Positions 9,833 to 19,144 of a DNA stretch of 64,000 bases are shown here, in pieces. The notes below the pieces were generated by a model. That model searched no databases. It was not told the DNA's origin and worked only from the letters and a program-made list of their open reading frames with translations. The translations under genes were made by a program, and so were the position numbers. This stretch comes from a virus. The first letter of the stretch is position 1, and every line of letters starts with the position of its first letter. The DNA lies in the IMG/VR virus record IMGVR_UViG_3300009370_000003; one strand, written 5' to 3'.

Positions 9833-11286
9833 ACTGCCTCTTCGGGTTCTATTTCTGGCCCTGTTCCTTCGTCAAGTGGTTTAGCATCTTCTACTTTCTT
9901 TGCATAACTCTCTTTAACACATTCTATATGAAGCATACCCGCCTTTTCTACTGGTGAAGCTGACAGTTTAATATCAGTAATTAGATATCTATCGTCATTT
10001 ACTTTATCATACTTATCACCCTCACCCATAATTTCAGGTGTAGGTATTAGTAATTTGATTATCATACCAACAGATAAATCTGTTCTTAATGGTATGGTGA
10101 GTATCATTCTATGTTGTTGTAATATTTCTAACAGAGCTCTTCTTTCTAGTATTCCACTATCGTTTAATTTCCTTGCTTCAAATACTTCGGGGTCTGATAG
10201 TTTGTCTACATTATCAAATGAATGTTGATTGTGATAATCATTAATAATTAATGAATCATATTCTTGAGTTGGTTGAAGGTCTATATCAATTTCATCTATT
10301 GAAGGAGACATTTCTCTATCAACTATCTCTCCAGCTGTTAATACTCTTTCCATATCATCGGTCATTAACATAATGTGTCCCGATACATGATTTCCCTTTT
10401 TCATTGCAGTCTCTAGACTAAAGATATTTTCTTCTTCTAATTTTCGTATGGGGTCATATACCTTTAAAGTAGATGCATATGCACCACCAACCGTTGCTTG
10501 AAGTGTATCAAACAACTGTGGTTTCTTATACACATCAATCATTGTATTAAGACCATCAGGCGCATTTATATTTTCTGTTTCTGTTTCCGTTGTATTTCTA
10601 GGAAACTGGGAAAATGGAATTGGGAATTCCATGGAACACATAGTGTCCATACTTTGAAATCTAAACCCACCGTTCATGGTTTGAAAAAAGAACATACCAT
10701 TTTTATATGCATGTGATTCGCTTGTTTGTGAATTGTTAACAATGTAATCTGTTATTTGTGCAACAGACCAGTTAGGGGAAATAAATTGTTTGTTTTCAGG
10801 AATGGTTTGTTCCCATGCGTCAAATTCGTCAACTCTAAACTTTCCAACATCTACTAAAACATTTTGAAGTATTTGATCATACCTTCCACGAAGGGTTTGG
10901 CTTAGTCTCTTTCTTCTTGCATAAAACATTCTAGGGTCACATATTCTCATTACATAAGTTTGTGTTAACTCATCGACTCTGTTAAGATTATCTATTTTGT
11001 ATACTCTAAAAGTTTTGTCTATTGAGAATTGGTCTTCTGACTTTTCGTCTAATCCTTCTTTCTGCCTAATTGCAATTCGGATATACTCTTGTCCTGTTAA
11101 TCTAAAGTTTTTTGGTAGATTAAGACCGTCTATTATATGCACTTCCCCAGTAAGAAATTTATTGTATATAGATTCATAGATAGTAAAGTTAGAACATAAT
11201 TGACTTATGTCTAACGATTCTTGATATTGATTTATTAAGGTGAAGGAATCTATAAAGAACTCACCTGCTACATAATTCCCACTCAT
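9826..11286 (-). CDS. Baseplate hub protein (gp27-like)
   Basis: FTIYESI..KFLTG...IDG, FFFQT..GF.F.S motifs; position between gp53 and gp5. Confidence 0.65.
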   Translation of the reverse strand: MSGNYVAGEFFIDSFTLINQYQESLDISQLCSNFTIYESIYNKFLTGEVHIIDGLNLPKNFRLTGQEYIRIAIRQKEGLDEKSEDQFSIDKTFRVYKIDNLNRVDELTQTYVMRICDPRMFYARRKRLSQTLRGRYDQILQNVLVDVGKFRVDEFDAWEQTIPENKQFISPNWSVAQITDYIVNNSQTSESHAYKNGMFFFQTMNGGFRFQSMDTMCSMEFPIPFSQFPRNTTETETENINAPDGLNTMIDVYKKPQLFDTLQATVGGAYASTLKVYDPIRKLEEENIFSLETAMKKGNHVSGHIMLMTDDMERVLTAGEIVDREMSPSIDEIDIDLQPTQEYDSLIINDYHNQHSFDNVDKLSDPEVFEARKLNDSGILERRALLEILQQHRMILTIPLRTDLSVGMIIKLLIPTPEIMGEGDKYDKVNDDRYLITDIKLSASPVEKAGMLHIECVKESYAKKVEDAKPLDEGTGPEIEPEEAVW

Positions 11287-12041
11287 GACTTCATTACTTG
11301 CTCAAACTGGGTAACAACTTTGTCAATCATAGCTGGTCTGATGATTTTAATTTTTCTCTTCTCTTCATTTGCTTCAAACTCAGCTTCCCAATGAGTTTTT
11401 GGTAAGTATCCTGATTTAAAATTATTTCTCTTAAGATTACCAAGATAGTAATGGTCAATTCCATCTACCATGTCTATAACAGAAGTTGGTGTAAAGGAAT
11501 GTCGGTATAACTCAGCTTGGCCATACCTTGTCAAGCTTGATGTACCTGTAATTGTCTTTGAAGAAAAATCTCCTACCACATCACCTATTGCTAGTCTATT
11601 ATGGGTAGGGTCTAGTTTAATGACTATCCCTGTTGCATCTGTTGCTGTTACTGTTTCTCCTATTAGAAATTTACTTACTATAGGAGGTTCTCCTGTCCGT
11701 GATATTAAGTCTGTGCTTGCACTGGCAACAGCATACTTCCCTCTATATTTATGGGACATATATTTTTGAAATGTAGCTTGGTCTTTCCACCAGTCGTAAT
11801 AATTTGCCCAATCATTTACTAAAAAGAATACCCAGTGTAAGTCACCATTACCGTAAAGTTTAGTTGCAACCACATCAGGTCTATCACCTTCTTCCAACTC
11901 ATAGTATGTGTAATCGACAATGGCTTCTTTGGCCCCAGTTGAGATTGCAGATTTACGAAAGAAATCTTTAATAGTAATAATCTTGCCGTCAGACAATTTG
12001 TATTGCATTTCAGGAAAGTTTTTAAAAAATTGTTTAGCCAT
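11283..12041 (-). CDS. gp53: Baseplate wedge subunit gp53
   Basis: FFKNFP..Y, EGDRPD.VA.KLYG...LHWV, E..ANEEKR.IKI; likely start MAKQ at 12041. Confidence 0.9.
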   Translation of the reverse strand: MAKQFFKNFPEMQYKLSDGKIITIKDFFRKSAISTGAKEAIVDYTYYELEEGDRPDVVATKLYGNGDLHWVFFLVNDWANYYDWWKDQATFQKYMSHKYRGKYAVASASTDLISRTGEPPIVSKFLIGETVTATDATGIVIKLDPTHNRLAIGDVVGDFSSKTITGTSSLTRYGQAELYRHSFTPTSVIDMVDGIDHYYLGNLKRNNFKSGYLPKTHWEAEFEANEEKRKIKIIRPAMIDKVVTQFEQVMKS

Positions 12042-13189
12042 TATCCGCCTCCGTCTTGACCCCAAAGTTTACCGTCATCTGTTCCCGCGGTGTCGTTTAA
12101 TAAACTTGGGGAACCAGTTGAGTCTACCATTCCGCCCGGCCCTCTTACTGAATTGGCTTTTGCCTTCATTGATTTCGGCCCAACCTTCTCGTTATAAACT
12201 TCTTGAGACATAATCTTGATTTCAGAAAACGATAATTCTATTTTAGTTGCTAAAGGCCAGACCTTTTCACCGTCTGAAATCAATCCTTCTGAATTTCCAT
12301 TAAAGGTATTTACAGTCATATCTTTTAAAACCATAGGTAAGAATCCTTCTATTTGATCTTGGACTCCTCCTTCTGGGCCTTCAATATGAACATCAAAAAC
12401 ATTTGGATAGTTAAAGAAGTTTTCGTTTGCAGATTCTTTATCCGCTGCAAAGGTATCAGGTAACATTGCAAGTCTAAATATGTTTACAATCTTTTGAACC
12501 ATTATTGCCTCTTTTGAATTCCTTGGCATAAATTCCCACTCAAAAGAATGGTCTCTAAAAGTTATACCTTCTAGGAACTGTTCTTCCATAGGATTAGAAG
12601 CCATACCTGCTTTAAGGTTTCTAATACCACCTGTCATACTATCACCTAGTTTATTAATAAAGCCTTTAATCACATTACCAGCTTCGTCTAACATGCCGTC
12701 TACTTTCTCACCTTCCTTCTTATTCAAAGCACTATCAACTCCTCTTGCTATTGCTCCAACACCCTCAGCTTTATAAGTAGTTGTCGATTGTTGAACTATG
12801 TCCTCGGGGAGATACAGTGCAATAGAGAATGTTTCTTTCGAAAGAAAGTTTCCACCAGCCCTTTTCTTTCTTGGTCGAGTTTCAAAGACCACATAATAAT
12901 CATACCCACCTTGCATAGGATATTGTAATTCAGTCATTGATAGTTCAGGTGGTTTTTTAGCAACTGTGTTTGCTTTGTTTACACTGGATAGTTGTTTTTC
13001 TAAACTACCTCTTCGTTCTTCTAATTTTCTTCTATTCTCTTCTGCTTGTTCTTGGAGTTTATCTACCTCTTCGGTATTAACTCCACCCTTGTACCCAGCT
13101 TGCTGAATCTTTGCTTTGATTCCTTTTGCCGACTTTAGTGCTTGGGAGGCTTGGTTTACTTTGTTTAATAATTTATTAATGTTTGGCAT
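12041..13189 (-). CDS. gp48: Baseplate tail tube cap gp48
   Basis: IALYLP, NP.EEQF.EG..FR.HSF.W.F.PRN..EA..V..I...FR, F.YPN.F, L.FSE. Confidence 0.85.
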   Translation of the reverse strand: MPNINKLLNKVNQASQALKSAKGIKAKIQQAGYKGGVNTEEVDKLQEQAEENRRKLEERRGSLEKQLSSVNKANTVAKKPPELSMTELQYPMQGGYDYYVVFETRPRKKRAGGNFLSKETFSIALYLPEDIVQQSTTTYKAEGVGAIARGVDSALNKKEGEKVDGMLDEAGNVIKGFINKLGDSMTGGIRNLKAGMASNPMEEQFLEGITFRDHSFEWEFMPRNSKEAIMVQKIVNIFRLAMLPDTFAADKESANENFFNYPNVFDVHIEGPEGGVQDQIEGFLPMVLKDMTVNTFNGNSEGLISDGEKVWPLATKIELSFSEIKIMSQEVYNEKVGPKSMKAKANSVRGPGGMVDSTGSPSLLNDTAGTDDGKLWGQDGGG

Positions 13190-13237
13190 ATAAATATCTC
13201 TATAGAAGTCTTTATTTGGTGTTATAATCTATTTATG
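13189..13237. promoter_or_regulatory. Divergent late promoter pair
   Basis: TATAAATA on + at 13189-13196 (for gp4) and CATAAATA on - at 13230-13237 (for gp48), each overlapping the other gene's start codon. Confidence 0.65.
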
Positions 13238-13687
13238 TCATACAGTGGTAAGTTTAAACCAAAGAACTATAAAAAATATAAGGGAGACCCTACAAAAATC
13301 TTTTACAGGTCTTTATGGGAACGCAGATTCATGGTTTACTGCGATAATAATCCCAATATTATAGAATGGGGAAGTGAAGAAATCATAATTCCTTATCGTT
13401 CTCCTGTAGATAAAAAAGTCCATAGATACTTTCCTGATTTCTATATTAAATATCAAAATAGTAAAGGTGAAGTCCTTAGAGAAATCGTTGAGGTTAAACC
13501 AAAGGCTCAATGTCTACCACCTAAAGAACCTAAAAGGAAAACAAGAAAATATAGGAATAAAGTCATCACCTATATAATCAACCAAGCAAAATTTAAAGCA
13601 GCTGGTGACTATTGTAGAGATAGAAAAATGGGATTCAGAATTCTAACCGAAGACCACCTAGTCCCCAAGAGTAAAAGAAAAAAATGA
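13235..13687 (+). CDS. gp4: Head completion nuclease gp4
   Basis: YSGKFKP.N..KYKGDP..I.YRS.WE, WGSEE..IPY.SP.D...HRYFPDF, EVKP..Q. Confidence 0.95.
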   Translation: MSYSGKFKPKNYKKYKGDPTKIFYRSLWERRFMVYCDNNPNIIEWGSEEIIIPYRSPVDKKVHRYFPDFYIKYQNSKGEVLREIVEVKPKAQCLPPKEPKRKTRKYRNKVITYIINQAKFKAAGDYCRDRKMGFRILTEDHLVPKSKRKK

Positions 13688-14274
13688 GTAAATTATTTGT
13701 ATTTGATTTGGACGGAGTTCTTATTAACTCCCTACTTAACATGAAGAATGCATGGGACGCCGTAAGGGTGAAACATGAGATTGAAATCCCATTCCGATAT
13801 TATAAAGCACAAATAGGTAAACCCTTCCCTGACATTATGAGTGAACTAGGATTGTTTGATAAACACCTAGAGATATATGACACCTATAAAACATATTCTC
13901 AAATGAACATTCACACTATTCCTATGTATGAGGGTGTTAATGAAACTCTAAACGAATTAAAAGACCAAGGTCATAAGATTGCACTATGCACTTCTAAAAC
14001 AAAAGAAACCACTAACATACTCTTAAGTAAATTCCCTAAATTTGATTATGTCTGTTGTCCACAAAAAGGCCTTCGTGGTAAACCAGCACCTGACCAATTA
14101 CTATACACTATTGCCATGTGTAATGTTGACCCTAAAGACACAATTTATATTGGAGACATGATGCCTGACCTACAATGTGCTGTTAGAGCTGGTGTCCATT
14201 TCGAATATGCAGAATGGGGATTTGGAGAATTAAAATGCGAGCACTCGCTGAAGTCGATTACAAATCTGATTTAG
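13684..14274 (+). CDS. HAD-family phosphatase
   Basis: FDLDGVL motif I, TSK, KPAP, YIGDM..D motifs. Confidence 0.9.
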   Translation: MSKLFVFDLDGVLINSLLNMKNAWDAVRVKHEIEIPFRYYKAQIGKPFPDIMSELGLFDKHLEIYDTYKTYSQMNIHTIPMYEGVNETLNELKDQGHKIALCTSKTKETTNILLSKFPKFDYVCCPQKGLRGKPAPDQLLYTIAMCNVDPKDTIYIGDMMPDLQCAVRAGVHFEYAEWGFGELKCEHSLKSITNLI

Positions 14275-14963
14275 TTATTGGGTTAATTCCCGCGAGGTGG
14301 AAATCAACTCGGTTCGAAGGGAAACCACTTGTAGATATAGCGGGTGTGCCTATGATACGAAGGGTATATGACCGTGCAAGTATTGCTAATCACTTAGACC
14401 AAGTCATTGTCCTTACAGACGACATGAGAATTAATGACTATTGTCAACTGAATCAAATGACATGTATTGTAATAGAAGAAGATTGCCGAACTGGAACAGA
14501 CCGTTGCGCTCACGCTCTGAAATTATTGGAGGGTAGTCTCTTTGTAAACATTCAAGGAGACGAACCCTTGATTAATCCTTCTGCAATAGACAATCTTATA
14601 GAAAATTTCGATAATAATATAGGTGTTGCAAATGCATATACTAAAATTGACCAAGATTATAAACTAAATGACAGAAATGTTGTAAAAGTTGTGTTTGATA
14701 AGGCAAAAAATGCGCTTTATTACAGTAGATTACCTATATCAGACTACCAACAGCTGGGATTATATGCCTTTAACCGCGGTATGCTGGACGCCTTTCCTAA
14801 ATTTACCCTAGGAGAACTGGAAATTGACGAATCTATCGAAATGTTGAGGTATCTTGAGAACGGATTTGATGTTAAAATGGTTGAAGTCGAAGATGAGGGC
14901 CTTTCCGTAGATACTCCTAACGATTTAAAGCTGGTTGAACTAAAAATTAAGGGATATCACTAA
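14235..14963 (+). CDS. kdsB: 3-deoxy-manno-octulosonate cytidylyltransferase (CMP-Kdo synthetase)
   Basis: IPARWKSTRFEGKPL, TGTDR, VNIQGDEP, VVKVV, ALYYSR, E.LR.LENG, SVDTP.DL; GGAG RBS before ATG 14235. Confidence 0.92.
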   Translation: MRALAEVDYKSDLVIGLIPARWKSTRFEGKPLVDIAGVPMIRRVYDRASIANHLDQVIVLTDDMRINDYCQLNQMTCIVIEEDCRTGTDRCAHALKLLEGSLFVNIQGDEPLINPSAIDNLIENFDNNIGVANAYTKIDQDYKLNDRNVVKVVFDKAKNALYYSRLPISDYQQLGLYAFNRGMLDAFPKFTLGELEIDESIEMLRYLENGFDVKMVEVEDEGLSVDTPNDLKLVELKIKGYH

Positions 14964-15847
14964 TGGAACACATACATTTAAACGCACATAAGGTAAAATA
15001 CTATGAAAATGGTGAGCAACCTTCTAGTTATCACCAACGAGACCCCGTAGCAGTAGAAGAAGTCAAACAAAAGTTCGAAGAAGTGTCAAAAGTCGGCCAT
15101 CCTAAGATAATAACACTGCATGAAGCCCAAAAAGAAGGCATAGTTCAGACTAAAGGGTATTATAACGACAAACCAATGACCCCTTTAGAGGCATATGGTT
15201 ATGTATGGCTTGATAATGCCTATAAAACAGAATATCCTGACCCAAAAACAGCTAAAGGCCAAGAGTGGAGTGACTTTTTAATGAAACCAATCGAAAATCA
15301 AGTGTTTCATTGCATTAAGATACAATGGTTAGTCAATATCATACAAACAGAGGGCCTTTATTCTTGTCCTCAAGCGGTATTAAGAAAATCTCAATGGTTT
15401 GTCCATCCCGGCCAGTTCAGAGTTCATGCTATTACCTATACTGACTGTAATGAAGAGTTCATTGTTTGGGATACTAAGAATATTTTACCTCAACCCGAAA
15501 TAGATTATGAAGAATGGTGGTCTAGATACAGTCACCATACAGATAAAGGTTTATTTGCAGCAGTCTTTGAAGATATTGTAGAAATGCATGTCGGAGAATA
15601 TCGCCAAGACCTATATGATAAGGTTGCTGGTGGGATAGATTGCTTCCAAGGTGTTAAACCAATACTCGAAGGAACATGTGACGAGAGCATAGCACATTTA
15701 TTCACCCATGGAACATACGAGGGCCACGGGATAGGGATTGTAGGACACTTTACCTTTGAAGATTTACAACATGTATGTGACTTCCACCCAACAAAGCAAT
15801 ATATTGGCAAAGAAAACTTTACTTTGTATAACAATTATCATAAATAA
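14963..15847 (+). CDS. Hypothetical protein, 294 aa
   Basis: Long ORF coupled to kdsB (TAATG overlap). Confidence 0.7.
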   Translation: MEHIHLNAHKVKYYENGEQPSSYHQRDPVAVEEVKQKFEEVSKVGHPKIITLHEAQKEGIVQTKGYYNDKPMTPLEAYGYVWLDNAYKTEYPDPKTAKGQEWSDFLMKPIENQVFHCIKIQWLVNIIQTEGLYSCPQAVLRKSQWFVHPGQFRVHAITYTDCNEEFIVWDTKNILPQPEIDYEEWWSRYSHHTDKGLFAAVFEDIVEMHVGEYRQDLYDKVAGGIDCFQGVKPILEGTCDESIAHLFTHGTYEGHGIGIVGHFTFEDLQHVCDFHPTKQYIGKENFTLYNNYHK

Positions 15848-15852
15848 TAGAT

Positions 15853-16440
15853 ATGGCAAGTCTATTTTCAGATATAATTGGTCAAAAGCCAGAAGAGATT
15901 GAAGCTCAAACCTTCAACTCGTTAGAATGGTTCCAAAAGAATGTAAGGGATATCCGTAGGAGTCCCGATAAGCTGTTAAAAGAAAATCAAAACTTTGTCA
16001 CTCGATTTGAGTTAGGTAAAATGTATATGTTTATGTATGATGCTAAACGGCAAGATACATTGAAGTATTACGATTACTTTCCTCTCTCAATTTGTTTGAG
16101 AAGATATCCAACTGGTTTTCTAGGTGCAAATTTACATTACATTGCACCGAAATACAGAGCATTACTAATGGACGCATTGTATCAGTATATCGAGATAGAC
16201 GAGACAACCGAGGAAGCTTATTTTAGGGTTAGATACCCTATGATTAAAAGCATTAGTAGGTTGAGGTGGGCAAAACCCTGTTTAAAACAATACCAATATG
16301 GTTATATAAACAGTAGGATTGTTGAAGTTCAACCTGAAGCAATGGACATGGTAGTTATGCTACCAAGTCATAAATTTAAATCAAAGGGAACTAACTTTAA
16401 TGCAAATATAGTTCACCGAGAAAGTTTAGGAAAGACATGA
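15853..16440 (+). CDS. gp2: DNA end protector protein gp2
   Basis: G.MYMF.YDAK....L.YYD.FPL, GFLG.NLHY, PCLKQY; CATAAATA at 15839-15846. Confidence 0.9.
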   Translation: MASLFSDIIGQKPEEIEAQTFNSLEWFQKNVRDIRRSPDKLLKENQNFVTRFELGKMYMFMYDAKRQDTLKYYDYFPLSICLRRYPTGFLGANLHYIAPKYRALLMDALYQYIEIDETTEEAYFRVRYPMIKSISRLRWAKPCLKQYQYGYINSRIVEVQPEAMDMVVMLPSHKFKSKGTNFNANIVHRESLGKT

Positions 16441-16652
16441 TAGAAAAAATAGTAGCACAAACACTTGGTTGCAGCCAAGATTCAATAAAAGACGAATCAA
16501 ACTTTGTAAATGACTTAGGTGCCGACTCTCTTAACATAGTTGAGATAGTTATGGCAATAGAGGAAGAGTTCGATGTTTCGATTCCTGATGAAGATGCTGA
16601 GACACTTCATACAGTCGGCGCAGTAAAACAATATATTGAGGACAACTCCTAA
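16437..16652 (+). CDS. acpP: Acyl carrier protein
   Basis: DLGADSL..VE.VMA.EEEF...IPDEDAE with the phosphopantetheine serine intact. Confidence 0.95.
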   Translation: MIEKIVAQTLGCSQDSIKDESNFVNDLGADSLNIVEIVMAIEEEFDVSIPDEDAETLHTVGAVKQYIEDNS

Positions 16653-17542
16653 TGCCAAAAGGAAGTAAGGCCACAGGTGGAGCAGCACCAAAATCTAGTG
16701 GAAAGTTTAACGATAAGAGAGGCATAGATGCTCTTAAGGGATATGTCGGCCAACCTCTACAACCAAATAGATTTATTTTTCAATTCTTAACACTACCAAA
16801 AGATTTTGAATTACCTGACGGAGATACTTTAAGTATACTCTGTCAATCAGCAACATTGCCGGGCAAGTCAATAGAAACAGCAGAACATATTAGACATAGA
16901 TACATGCCTACAGGTGATGTTGATTACGGTCAAAGCATATCCCTTACTTATATTTGTGACACCTCATTTATGGATAGATATATTATAGAAGAGTGGTTAA
17001 GATATGTCCATTCAGCAGATGTTGATACATGGACTGATATAAGTTATGGTAAAAGTTCTGACGGCGAGAAACAAATTTTCAGATTCTATGATGAGTATGC
17101 AGCTCCATGTAAAGCACAATGTCATGTATTAAGAAGAGATGGTAGTGCAGCTATGACATATACATTTCATGATGTATATCCACAAGGTATAGATGATATT
17201 TCATTAGAAATGAGTTCAAATGATGAAGTTATGCAGTTTTCATTTGATTTAGGATACAAGTGGTGGACAGTTGAATACTTACCAATAGAAACAGAAGTAA
17301 AAATGAACCAACCTATGGACGGAAACTTTGAGATAAGTGGACTAAATAAAGGGAGGAAAATCTTTGATGCAGTTCTTGAAGGACTCAAGGTTGCTGGAAG
17401 GTTTAATAAGAAAGCGGGTGCAATGGGAAGGAGACTAGGTCAACTTGACACTGCAATAACCCGTGGTAGTAACATAAGCAGAGATATAGGTGGAAGCTTT
17501 AACTCTAATTATGTGACTAATAAAAGGCGTGGTGGAGGTTAA
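16652..17542 (+). CDS. gp54: Tail tube initiator gp54-like (gp19 family)
   Basis: PNRF, LCQSATLPG, Y...Y, YP..I..I.L, F.Y.WW. Confidence 0.7.
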   Translation: MPKGSKATGGAAPKSSGKFNDKRGIDALKGYVGQPLQPNRFIFQFLTLPKDFELPDGDTLSILCQSATLPGKSIETAEHIRHRYMPTGDVDYGQSISLTYICDTSFMDRYIIEEWLRYVHSADVDTWTDISYGKSSDGEKQIFRFYDEYAAPCKAQCHVLRRDGSAAMTYTFHDVYPQGIDDISLEMSSNDEVMQFSFDLGYKWWTVEYLPIETEVKMNQPMDGNFEISGLNKGRKIFDAVLEGLKVAGRFNKKAGAMGRRLGQLDTAITRGSNISRDIGGSFNSNYVTNKRRGGG

Positions 17543-17569
17543 TTCTAACACCACATAAAGAGGTATATT

Positions 17570-18274
17570 ATGGCTTTACCAAAGCAGACCGCACCGAAGT
17601 ATAAATGCATACTTCCAAGTGACGGTTCAGAAGTGGAGTTTCGACCATTTCTAGTTAAAGAGCAAAAAGTATTAATGCTTGCTCAGGAACAAGAAAAGGA
17701 TGAAGCAATGTTTGTTGCAGTGCAAGACCTTATCGAAGCAGTAACTTTCGGAAAGGTTAAATCCAAACAGTTACCTGTTATCGACATGGAATATTTGTTC
17801 CTTAAAGTTCGATCAGTATCGGTAGGAGAAACAGCAACAGTAACCTTGTCTTGCCACGACCCCAAATGTGAAGGAGGGAATGGAGAGGCAGTTGTTAATT
17901 TAGATGATGTGGAAGTAGTAGGAGACGAACCTGAACACAAAATTATGATTAGTGATGAATTAGGAATTGAGTTAAGATACCCAAGGATAAGTGATGTAGA
18001 AGCAACACAACACCTTGAGGGAGGAGCTCAAACTATTGAAATGCTGAAGCAGTGTATGGTGACAATATTTGATGAGGAAGAGGTCTACACAGTTCGAGAT
18101 AGTTCTACAAATGAACTAAACGAATTTGTTGAGACACTAACAATGACTCAATTAGAATTGTTAACTGCATTTTTTCAAGGCATACCAGTATTGAAGAAGG
18201 AAGTCGAAACAGAATGTAAAGTGTGTGGAAAGGAAATTAGAACTGAATTAGTAGGTTTACAAAGTTTTTTCTAG
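17570..18274 (+). CDS. gp26: Baseplate hub subunit gp26
   Basis: MALPK...P.Y...LPS, FRPFLVKEQK.L, D.EYLFL..R..SVGE, CxxC, ends GLQSFF. Confidence 0.93.
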   Translation: MALPKQTAPKYKCILPSDGSEVEFRPFLVKEQKVLMLAQEQEKDEAMFVAVQDLIEAVTFGKVKSKQLPVIDMEYLFLKVRSVSVGETATVTLSCHDPKCEGGNGEAVVNLDDVEVVGDEPEHKIMISDELGIELRYPRISDVEATQHLEGGAQTIEMLKQCMVTIFDEEEVYTVRDSSTNELNEFVETLTMTQLELLTAFFQGIPVLKKEVETECKVCGKEIRTELVGLQSFF

Positions 18275-18324
18275 TAGCCCTTTCTCATGATAGTCTAATA
18301 AACTATTTAAACACAAACTTTCAA

Positions 18325-18471
18325 ATGATGCAACATCATGGCTACTCTCTTAGAGAGTTAGATGACATGATGCCATGGGAAAGGGAAATTTACATTAAAT
18401 TATTACTTCAACATTTAGAAGAAGAACGGGAACGAGAAAAAGCTCGTGCCCAAAAAGCAAGAAGCAGATAG
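18325..18471 (+). CDS. gp51: Baseplate hub assembly chaperone gp51-like (may be made as a -1 frameshift fusion to gp26)
   Basis: MMQHHGYSLRELDDMMPWEREIYIKLLLQHLEEE; frame is open upstream to 18271. Confidence 0.85.
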   Translation: MMQHHGYSLRELDDMMPWEREIYIKLLLQHLEEEREREKARAQKARSR

Positions 18472-18502
18472 CTCTTGCATTTTAAATGAGGAGAAATAAG
18501 TT

Positions 18503-18886
18503 ATGGCAGATTCACGAGAACAGTTTAGTGGAGACATGTCGAGAAATGAAGTTGAAATAGATTTATCTAAATTTATGGAGATGATTCAAGAGAACGCTGC
18601 ATTAAAACAGCAGATTTTTGAATTAGAACATGACGGTAAGGTCAACCCCTATCAGAAGTGGATTCATTTATCAGCAATGATTGATAGTTGGAGAATATGG
18701 CCAAGAGCATTTTTAAGTGTTTACATATTCTTAATTTACTATGTTGTAATGTGGTTTTTGGATTTAGCTGAACCAACAATGGAACAAAGTGGACTACTTT
18801 CAATATTGGTTGGTGCTGGAGCAGCTTGGTTTGGACTATATGTCAATTCCGCTGCAAAAGAACATGCTACCAATAAGAGTGATTAA
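18503..18886 (+). CDS. Membrane protein with two TM helices
   Basis: GAGGAG RBS; IDSWRIWPRAF-TM1...TM2. Confidence 0.75.
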   Translation: MADSREQFSGDMSRNEVEIDLSKFMEMIQENAALKQQIFELEHDGKVNPYQKWIHLSAMIDSWRIWPRAFLSVYIFLIYYVVMWFLDLAEPTMEQSGLLSILVGAGAAWFGLYVNSAAKEHATNKSD

Positions 18887-18911
18887 TTTTTAATTAGTAG
18901 AGGAAAACAAA

Positions 18912-19133
18912 ATGGCAGAAGAAGAAACAATAAATGAATCACATGATGATTCAAATCATCTTGAAAGTCTAAAGGATAACGCACCAGTAGAACCTAACAA
19001 GGACGAACTGGACGAACTACAATATGAGTCTGCAAAGGCTTCATATGATAGAGCTTTAGAACTATGGCAAGAACAAGTTGATAAAACTGAAGCTTCACTT
19101 TTAGTAGAAGAAGAATTAAAAGAAGAAGAATAA
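18912..19133 (+). CDS. Small acidic protein ending -KEEE
   Basis: GAGG RBS; 73 aa ORF. Confidence 0.7.
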   Translation: MAEEETINESHDDSNHLESLKDNAPVEPNKDELDELQYESAKASYDRALELWQEQVDKTEASLLVEEELKEEE

Positions 19134-19144
19134 GGCTTTAACCA

